Below, in pieces: positions 56,989-64,000 of a stretch of 64,000 bases of DNA. Position 1 is the stretch's first letter; every line of letters starts with the position of its first letter. The position numbers were made by a program, and so were the translations under genes. The stretch lies in the NCBI GenBank assembly GCA_963734495.1, contig CAVTHK010000010.1, forward strand, positions 1-64,000, given 5' to 3'. The notes beneath the pieces were generated by a model. That model saw only the letters and a list, made by a program, of their open reading frames with translations, was not told where the DNA came from and searched no databases. The DNA comes from an uncultured Spirochaetota bacterium. Its GTDB lineage: Bacteria > Spirochaetota > Spirochaetia > SZUA-6 > CAVTHK01.

Positions 56989-58426
56989 TCAGCCTGTCAG
57001 GCGCGGCAGGACGAGGCGGAAAGAGGACCCGCCCTCCGGAGCGCTCTCCGCGGCGACCGTGCCGCCGTGCGCCTCGATGATCGCCTTGACCAGGCTCAGC
57101 CCCAGGCCCAGGCCCGGCTCGCTCCTGCTGCGGTCGCCCCGGTAGAGGCGATCCCAGATCCGGGGCAGGTCCGTCGCCGGGATTCCGATCCCGGTGTCCG
57201 AGACCTGCAGCACGGCATGCGTCCCCTCCGAGCGCAGCTCGACGGTGATGCGAGCCCCCCGCCGGCGTGTACTTGATCGCGTTGTCGAGCAGGTTCGCGA
57301 GGGCCTGCCGAGCCTGGTGGCGTCCGCCTGCACGCGGACTCCGGCCTCGGTCCGCGCCTCGATGCGCAGCCCTTTGTCCTCGGCGGCGTATGAGTACAGC
57401 TCCGCCATGTCCTCCGCGAGCGCGGCGAGGTCCACCGACTCACGGTTCAGGCGCAGCGCTCCCTGCTCGGCCTCCGCGATGTCGAGCAGCGCGCTGATCA
57501 TGGTGAGCAGGGCCTCCGACTGCCGCACGGATTCCTCGAGGGCCGCCTGCGCGGCGGCGGGGCCGGACCCCGCCCCCTGCTGCCCGCGGTCCGGCCCGCC
57601 GGCGGCGCCGCGGCCGAGAGCGTCCATCGCGAGCTCCACCTGGTTGCGCAGCCGCGTGACCGGCGTGCGCAGGTCGTGCGCGGCGTTGTCCAGCGCGTCG
57701 CGCAGGCCCTGCACGAGCGCCTCGATCCTCTCGAGCATCCGGTTGTAGATCAGCACCAGGTCGTCGAGCTCGTCGCCGGATCCGCTCGTCTCGAGCCGCG
57801 GGCTCATGTGCCCGGTGTCGATGATCGAGCGGATCGCGGCGATCAGGGCCGTGACCGGCCGCAGGAGCCGGCGCGCGAAGAACAGCCCGGCCGCGAACGC
57901 GAGCAGGGCGAGCGGCAGCGAAGCCGTCAGGACGCTCGAGCGGAAGCGCGCGCAGCGACGTCATGATGTCGCCTGCGTCGCGGCCGATCTGCACGTAGCG
58001 GCCCGTCGCCGAGCTCGAGGGCGGCCACCTCGACGGTGCGCCCCGCGGCCAGCGAGCGCAGGAGCACGCGGCTCGTCGCCGGGACGGGGCCCCAGCCGCG
58101 CGAGCGCGCCGCGGTCCAGCCCGCGCCAGAGGTCCGGCACGTGGAGCAGCAGCGTGGTGCCGCCGGCGTCGGCGACCCTGACGAGGTAGTCGAGTCCCTT
58201 CCAGGTAGACGGCGTGCGAAGGCCGGCCTCGTTCAGGATCTCGTCGCCGCAGCGCCGGTACAGCACCCAGAACTCCAGCAGGCGCGATCGCAGCTCCTCT
58301 GCCGCCTCGCGCCGCAGCGCGGAGCCGAGCAGCGCGTAGGAGATGCCGAAGCTCGCCCCCGTCAGCACGATCGTGACCACGGCGAGCAGCAGCGGCGAGG
58401 CGGAACTTAAGGGACCTTGAGCGCAT
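56989..58426 (-). CDS. HAMP-domain sensor histidine kinase; frameshifts
   Basis: AHDLRTP (H box), NLLDNAIKY, DTGIGI, GLGLGLS. Confidence 0.9.
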
Positions 58427-59081
58427 AGCCGGCACCCCGCACCGTCTGGATGAGCTTGGGCTCGAAGTCCCGGTCGATCTTGGCCCGGAGCCTGTGGACG
58501 AGCACGTCGACCACGTTCGTCTGCGGATCGAAGTGGTAGTCCCAGACGTGCTCGAGGATCATGGTCTTGGAGACGACGTTGCCGATGTTCCGCATGAGGT
58601 ACTCGAGCAGGGCGAACTCGCGCGGCTGCAGCTCGATGCGCACGCCGCCGCGCCGCGCCTCGCGCGCGAGCAGGTCCAGCTCCAGGTCGCCGACCTGCAG
58701 CAGCGTGCTCGAGGCCGTGGCCGAGGCGCGGCGCAGCAGCGCCTGGACGCGCGCGAGGAGCTCGGCAAAGGCAAACGGCTTGGTGAGGTAGTCGTCGCCG
58801 CCCGCCTGCAGGCCGCGCACGCGGTCGTCCACCGAGCGCCGGGCCGAGAGGATCAGGACCGGTGTCGTCCCCCCCGCCTTGCGCAGCGCGTCGATGAGCG
58901 AGAGCCCGTCGAGGCCCGGAAGCATGAGGTCCACGATGAGCACGTCGTACGGCCCGTGGCGCGCCAGCGCCAGGGCATCGCTTCCGTCGACGACTTCGTC
59001 GACGGCGTACCCGGCCTGCCGCAGCCCCCCCGCGACGAAGCCCGAGATCTCCTTGTCGTCTTCCACCACGAGGATACGCAT
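58407..59081 (-). CDS. OmpR-family response regulator (CusR/CssR-like)
   Basis: ILVVEDD, DLMLPG, DDYLTKPF, TNVVDV, TVRGAGY. Confidence 0.93.
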   Translation of the reverse strand: MRILVVEDDKEISGFVAGGLRQAGYAVDEVVDGSDALALARHGPYDVLIVDLMLPGLDGLSLIDALRKAGGTTPVLILSARRSVDDRVRGLQAGGDDYLTKPFAFAELLARVQALLRRASATASSTLLQVGDLELDLLAREARRGGVRIELQPREFALLEYLMRNIGNVVSKTMILEHVWDYHFDPQTNVVDVLVHRLRAKIDRDFEPKLIQTVRGAGYALKVP

Positions 59082-59263
59082 GACTCGCTATCCTCCCCTT
59101 TCGCTCGCGCGCGGCATCGGGGCCCGCGCGGCGCGCGGACGCGATGTCCATTATACGCACCGCGCGCGCCCGGGTCATCCGCGCCGGACGCGCGGAGACG
59201 CGCAGCACACCGGGGCCCGACTCCCCTTGCCTGAGCCTCGCCGCCAGTGGGATACTACTCGCG

Positions 59264-60046
59264 ATGCCGATCCGCTCACAGCCCAACCCCTTCGGAGGGT
59301 GCGTCGTGGAAGCGGGCTCGCTTCCCGAATCGGCCGCCGAGTTCCGCGAGATGCTCGCGGCGTCCATCAGCGCCTGGCGCGAACAGGGCGTCAAGGTCGC
59401 CTGGCTGACGCTGCCGATCGACCGGGCGTCCCTGGTCCCGGTCGCCGCGGAGGCCGGCTTCCTCTTCCATCACGCCGAGGAGCGCGAGCTCACCCTCACC
59501 CTGCGGATCGTCGAAGGCGCCTACGTCCCGCCGTCGGCGACGCACTTTATCGGCGCGGGGGGCGTCGTGCTCACGCCCGACCGGCGGCTGCTGGTCGTGT
59601 CCGAGCGCCATCGCAGGGCGGGCACGGGGCGCCACTACAAGCTGCCCGGCGGCGCGCTGCACCCGCGCGAGCACATCGTCGCCGCGGTCATCCGCGAGAT
59701 CCGCGAGGAGACGGGCATCCTCACCCGCTTCCGCGCCCTCGTCTGCTTCCGGCACTGGCACGGGTACCGCGACGGGAAGTCGGACATCTATTTCGTGTGC
59801 CGCCTCGACCCGCTGTCGACCGAGATCACCTGCCAGAGCGAGGAGCTCGACGAGTGCCGCTGGATGCCGGTGGACGAGTACCTCGCCCACGAAGAGGCGA
59901 GCGTCTTCAACAAGCGCGTGGTGCGCGCCGCGCTCAAGGGCGACCTGATCGTGCCGGAGGAGATCTCCGGGTACGGCGCGCCCGAGACGCACGAGCTGTT
60001 CATGCCGCCTGAGAACGGCAGCGCGCCCGGGCAGCTCCCCGCCTAG
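59264..60046 (+). CDS. NUDIX hydrolase (NUDT6-like)
   Basis: GF.FHHA, ATHFIGAGG, KLPGG...REIREETG. Confidence 0.85.
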   Translation: MPIRSQPNPFGGCVVEAGSLPESAAEFREMLAASISAWREQGVKVAWLTLPIDRASLVPVAAEAGFLFHHAEERELTLTLRIVEGAYVPPSATHFIGAGGVVLTPDRRLLVVSERHRRAGTGRHYKLPGGALHPREHIVAAVIREIREETGILTRFRALVCFRHWHGYRDGKSDIYFVCRLDPLSTEITCQSEELDECRWMPVDEYLAHEEASVFNKRVVRAALKGDLIVPEEISGYGAPETHELFMPPENGSAPGQLPA

Positions 60047-60069
60047 ACGCCGGGTGATAGGAGGCAGCC

Positions 60070-60788
60070 ATGGCGGCCACGGAAAGGGCTTACGGGGCCA
60101 GGTCGTTCGAGGAGGACGAGATCCCGACCTCGGGCGGACCTCTGGTCGTAACCAGCATCGGGCACGGGTCGCTCATGCTCGCCTGGCGCGGACTCGTGGT
60201 CCACGTCGACCCGGTGAGCGCGGAGGCGCGCTACGAGGACCTGCCGCCCGCGGGTCTGATCCTGATCACGCATTCGCACGGCGACCACTTCGACCCGGCC
60301 GTGATCGACCTGCTGTGCCGGCCGGACACCGAGATCGTGATGACAGAGGGGGCCTTCGCGAAGATAAAAGGGACGCGCGCGGCTGCCAGGGCGACGATCG
60401 CGCGCAACGGCGAGCGCCTCACTGCGCGCGGCTCCCCGTCGAGGCGGTCCCAGCCTACAATATCCGGCACCTCAGGTCCGCGGGAGCTCCGTTCCACCCG
60501 AGCGGCGAGGGCAACGGGTACGTCGTCACGTTCGCCGACAAGAGGGTCTACGTCGCCGGCGACACCGAAGACACGCCCGAGATGCGCGCTCTCCGGGGCG
60601 TGGACGTGGCCTTCCTTCCGATGAACCTGCCCTACACGATGACGCCTCGCATGGTGGCCGAGGCCGCCCGGGCCTTCAGGCCCGCCATCCTCTACCCGTA
60701 CCACACCGGCGACACCGACGTGAGCGAGCTCGCGCGACTGCTGGCCGAGCTTCCGGAGGTGGAGGTCAGGCTGCGGCGCCTGGCCTGA
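60070..60788 (+). CDS. MBL-fold metallo-hydrolase; frameshift near 60435
   Basis: THSHGDHFD, VPAYN, YVAGDT, YPYH. Confidence 0.88.
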
Positions 60789-60801
60789 TCCCGACGCGCT
60801 G

Positions 60802-62157
60802 CTATCGCGGTGGCCTGCGGGATTCCAGGTGTGCGTTGATGGTCCGGCAGAGCCACTCCTTCTCGCGGTCCGTGAGCGAGGTCCCCAGCCGCATGCGCAC
60901 CGCGCCCGCCTCGAGCACGCAGACGGTTTCGCGAACCCGCGGAGCCGTCGGCTGCGTCTCGATGCGGCAAGGGCCGACCTCCGAGAGAGGAACCGTCATG
61001 GCGCGGGAAAAGGAAAAGAGCCTTCTGACAAGGGTCATCTGCGAGGAGCCGAGGACGATCTCGCTCCTGCCGAAGACGCTGTTCACGGTCCGGTACATGA
61101 GATAGATGCCCACGCACCAGAACGGGATCGAGAAAAGGGGGAAGAAGATCGGCGCCCCCATTGCGATGGCCGAGACCGTCCAGAACGCGACGAACGCGAG
61201 CCAGAACGCCGAGAATCCCCCCTGCGCCACCGCGGCGGCCCCGAGAACCCCCTCGGGTACGACGATCACGCGCCCGTCCCGGCCCTCGCGGACCTGGATC
61301 CGCGAACCGAAGGGCTTGTCGCCCGCGGCCGCAGCGCTCCCGCGGCGCCGGCAGGCGCGGCGGTCCCCGCGAGCAGCGCGATCGCGCGCTCGACCGGGAG
61401 CGTGCGCCGCGATTCGTCCGGCTCGAGGTAGCTGTCGAGCACCTCCGCGAGCGCGGGCGACACCTCGATCGCCGATCGGAAGTCCAGCTTGAGGTCGCGG
61501 GTCGGGAGATCGGTCGGGTCGCAGTGCGTGAGCAGGACGACGATCGTGACGGCGACCGCGTACAGGTCCGAGCGCACCGTCGCGCGTCCGAGCATCTGTT
61601 CCGGGGGAACGTAGTCCGGGCGTGCCGATCACCGTGTTGCCTCCGACCGCCTGCAGACGCAGGACGTCCTGCACGCCGCCGAAATCGACGAGGTAGACGG
61701 TCCCGTCGTCGGAACGCAGCACGTTCTTCGGGTTGATGTCCCGATGCACGATGGGGGGCCGCAGCGAGTGGATGTAGCCGACGATGGCGAGAAGCCGCGC
61801 GCCGATGTCACGGATCTGCTCCTCGGTGCCGCGCCACCCGGACGACACGAGCGCCCGAAGGCACGGCGCCGCGATGTACTGCTGCACCAGCCCGAACGTG
61901 TGCTGCCCGTCGATCTCCGCGGCGAAGGAGTCTACGTACCGGGGAATCGAGGGGTGGTTGAGGCTCTTGAGCACACGCGCCTCGCGCTCGAACAGCTCGA
62001 CCTGCGTCCACCCCCGCACGTCGGACATGCGCAGCAGCTTGACGACCACCTGCCCGCCGCTTTCCGTATCCTCCCCGAGGTAAGCGGTCCCCTGGCCTCC
62101 CTGCCCCAGCGGCCGCAAGAGCCGGTAGCGGCCGCGGACGAGCTCGTTCGTCTCCAT
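60802..62157 (-). CDS. Hanks-type Ser/Thr protein kinase with C-terminal TM domain; compensating frameshifts near 61620 and 61340
   Basis: GQGGQG, VVVK, HRDINPKN, DFG, GT.DYVPPEQ, SDLY. Confidence 0.88.
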   Translation of the reverse strand: METNELVRGRYRLLRPLGQGGQGTAYLGEDTESGGQVVVKLLRMSDVRGWTQVELFEREARVLKSLNHPSIPRYVDSFAAEIDGQHTFGLVQQYIAAPCLRALVSSGWRGTEEQIRDIGARLLAIVGYIHSLRPPIVHRDINPKNVLRSDDGTVYLVDFGGVQDVLRLQAVGGNTVIGTPGLRSPGTDARTRDGALGPVRGRRHDRRPAHALRPDRSPDPRPQAGLPIGDRGVARARGGARQLPRAGRIAAHAPGRARDRAARGDRRACRRRGSAAAAGDKPFGSRIQVREGRDGRVIVVPEGVLGAAAVAQGGFSAFWLAFVAFWTVSAIAMGAPIFFPLFSIPFWCVGIYLMYRTVNSVFGRSEIVLGSSQMTLVRRLFSFSRAMTVPLSEVGPCRIETQPTAPRVRETVCVLEAGAVRMRLGTSLTDREKEWLCRTINAHLESRRPPR

Positions 62158-62271
62158 ACGCCGACGACCGTAGACTCACGCTGCCCGACGGTCAAGACGG
62201 AGGGCGGCCGGGCGAAGACCTTCAATCTTTTTCCGTTTGACCCCGTCGGCCCGACGGTCTATGTATCTCCC

Positions 62272-63201
62272 ATGGGGTACGTGCCGCGCGGAGTGATCCC
62301 CGCAGTGCTGCTGCCTTTCGACGCCGACCTCTCCATAGACGAGCCGGCCTACCGCGCTCACCTCAGGGACGTCCTCGCCGTCGAGGGGGTGAGCGCGATC
62401 ACGGTCTGCGCCCACTCCTCCGAGGTCCACGCCCTGTCGGCCGAGGAGCAGAAGCGCGTCCTCGCGATCTCGGTGGAGGAGGCCGCCGGCGGAGTGCCCG
62501 TCATCTGCGGCATCTACGCCGACGCGACGGAGCATGCGGCCCGGCTCGCGCGGCAGGCGGCTGCCGGCGGCGCCGCCGCGCTGCTGATCTTTCCGAGCCA
62601 GGTCTGGCTGTTCGGCGCGGTGCACAGGCCCGAGATGGTCGTGCATCACTTTCGCCGGATCGCCGAGGCCACGGACCTGCCGCTCGTCGCCTTCAACTAC
62701 CCTCTCGCGACCGGGCTCGGCTACACGACCGAATGCCTCCTCGAGCTCGCGGGCGCGGTCCCGCGCGTGGTCGCGATCAAGGACTGGTGCGGCAATCCGG
62801 TGCAGCACGAACGGAACATCAGGCTCCTTCAGGGCGTCGGGAGACCTTTCTCCGTGCTCACCACGCACAGCGCCTGGCTGATGGCCTCGCTCGCGATGGG
62901 CGCGGACGGGCTGCTGTCCGGGGCCGGCAGCGTGATCGCGGGGCTCCAGTCGCGCCTGTGGGCCGCGGTCCAGGCCGGCGATCTCACCGCGGCCCGCGCG
63001 CTCAACGACCGCATCTGGCCGATCGCGAGCGCCTTCTACACGGACCCGTTCCTCGACATGCACAACCGCATGAAGGAGGCTCTGGTCCTTCTCGGGAAGC
63101 TCGGCTCGGCGCACGTGCGTCCGCCGCTGCTCAAGCTCCCGGAGGCGGAGATCCTCCGCATCAGGGAGGCGCTGGTGCAGGGGGGCCTGCTGCCGCGCTG
63201 A
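62272..63201 (+). CDS. Dihydrodipicolinate synthase family (class I aldolase) protein, non-canonical
   Basis: GVIPAVLLPF, FNYP, VAIKDW (Schiff-base Lys), GADGLLSG. AHSSE replaces GTTGE, so it is not DapA proper. Confidence 0.85.
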   Translation: MGYVPRGVIPAVLLPFDADLSIDEPAYRAHLRDVLAVEGVSAITVCAHSSEVHALSAEEQKRVLAISVEEAAGGVPVICGIYADATEHAARLARQAAAGGAAALLIFPSQVWLFGAVHRPEMVVHHFRRIAEATDLPLVAFNYPLATGLGYTTECLLELAGAVPRVVAIKDWCGNPVQHERNIRLLQGVGRPFSVLTTHSAWLMASLAMGADGLLSGAGSVIAGLQSRLWAAVQAGDLTAARALNDRIWPIASAFYTDPFLDMHNRMKEALVLLGKLGSAHVRPPLLKLPEAEILRIREALVQGGLLPR

Positions 63202-63270
63202 CTTGACTCCCTGCCGCGCGCGACGCCGCCACGATGCGGGCGCGGGTCGGCCTGCCGCGCGGCGACCGCG

Positions 63271-63286
63271 TCGCAATATATTGTGT
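63271..63286. promoter_or_regulatory. AT-rich palindrome resembling an NrdR box
   Basis: TCGCAATATATTGTGT versus consensus acaCwAtATaTwGtgt. Confidence 0.35.
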
Positions 63287-63352
63287 TGCAGAGGCGTCTG
63301 ACGCCTCGCCTGCCCGGAGGGCGGGTTCGCTCGGAAGGGACCGACTGCCAAA

Positions 63353-64000
63353 ATGTACGCGTACATCGCACGCCGACTGCTGCTCATCATTCCCACCCTC
63401 GTCGGCATCATGGTGATCAACTTCTTCGTCATCCAGATCGTGCCCGGCGGGCCCGTGGAGCAGCTCATCGCGCAGATGACGCAAACCGCGGTGTCCGCGA
63501 CGGCGCGCATCTCGGGCGGGGGCGGCGAGACGGCGGGTGCGCAGCCCGCGGCGGGCACGGGCGCCGGCTCCGACCTCGGCTCGCGCTACCGCGGCGCGCG
63601 CGGGCTGGACCCGGCGTTCGTCAAGGAGATCGAGAAGATGTACGGGATGGACAAGCCCATCACCGCGCGTTTTCTCGACATGATGAAGCGCTACGTCACC
63701 TTCGACTTCGGCGACAGCTTCTTCCAGGACCGCAGGGTCGTAGACCTCGTCCGCGAGCGCATGCCGGTCTCCATCTCGATCGGGCTCTGGACGACGCTCC
63801 TCGTGTACCTCATCTCCATACCGCTGGGCATCCGCAAGGCGGTCCTCGACGGCACGAGGTTCGACGTGGTGACCAGCAGCGTTGTGACGGTGGCCTACTC
63901 CATTCCGGGCTACCTCTTCGCGATCCTGCTGATCGTGTTCTTCGCCGGCGGGAGGTACCTGAGCCTCTTCCCCCTGCGTGGGATCGTTTCGGACAACTGG
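63353..64000 (+). CDS. yejB: Peptide ABC transporter permease (YejB-like), 3'-truncated
   Basis: MYAYIARRLLLIIPTL, PGGPVEQ, YRGARGLDP, FDFGDSFF, MPVSISIGLW. Confidence 0.85.
   Translation, partial: MYAYIARRLLLIIPTLVGIMVINFFVIQIVPGGPVEQLIAQMTQTAVSATARISGGGGETAGAQPAAGTGAGSDLGSRYRGARGLDPAFVKEIEKMYGMDKPITARFLDMMKRYVTFDFGDSFFQDRRVVDLVRERMPVSISIGLWTTLLVYLISIPLGIRKAVLDGTRFDVVTSSVVTVAYSIPGYLFAILLIVFFAGGRYLSLFPLRGIVSDNW

Noticed and set aside
62237-62274. Leaderless promoter for the DHDPS-family gene
   Set aside because: TTGACC-17 is good but the -10 (TATGTA) lacks the conserved final T, so it was left out of the leaderless set.

Overview
A very GC-rich bacterial chromosomal segment, most likely from a free-living Spirochaetota bacterium. 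That assignment is inferred from a DUF5312-like gene, a spirochaete-style RlpA-SPOR protein, a LoaP-like NusG paralog and the dnaE-yggT-recG-rsmD order. The window holds about 60 genes, mostly core or housekeeping (ligA, dnaE, recG, rsmD, cysS, cdd, trxB, dksA, degP, tRNA-Phe), plus signalling, transport and sulfur-relay genes. I found no integrase, transposase, prophage or CRISPR/cas. From about 26.9 kb onward most genes, including cysS and trxB, are broken by single-base indels; I read these as long-read consensus errors and give stitched coordinates. The most unusual signal is non-coding: a dispersed, modular, nested-hairpin repeat family. It is built from 16-18-nt hairpins with a conserved CG-AGTA-CG core but freely covarying stems, plus CATCC-loop hairpins. 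It sits in intergenic regions at about 2.1, 6.3-6.6, 37.5, 38.5 and 41.2-41.4 kb, and at three loci its end abuts a -35 hexamer, including the putative promoter of the LoaP-like antiterminator operon. Other leads are a recurring leaderless-promoter architecture, a degenerate xanthine-dehydrogenase-like triad, a CysM/rhodanese/MoaD/MoaE sulfur cluster with tandem Rrf2-like operators, a PLMP-like+HNH (IshB-like) nuclease, a zinc-free DksA and an atypical class III cyclase. All family calls are from motif recognition by eye, with no database search.
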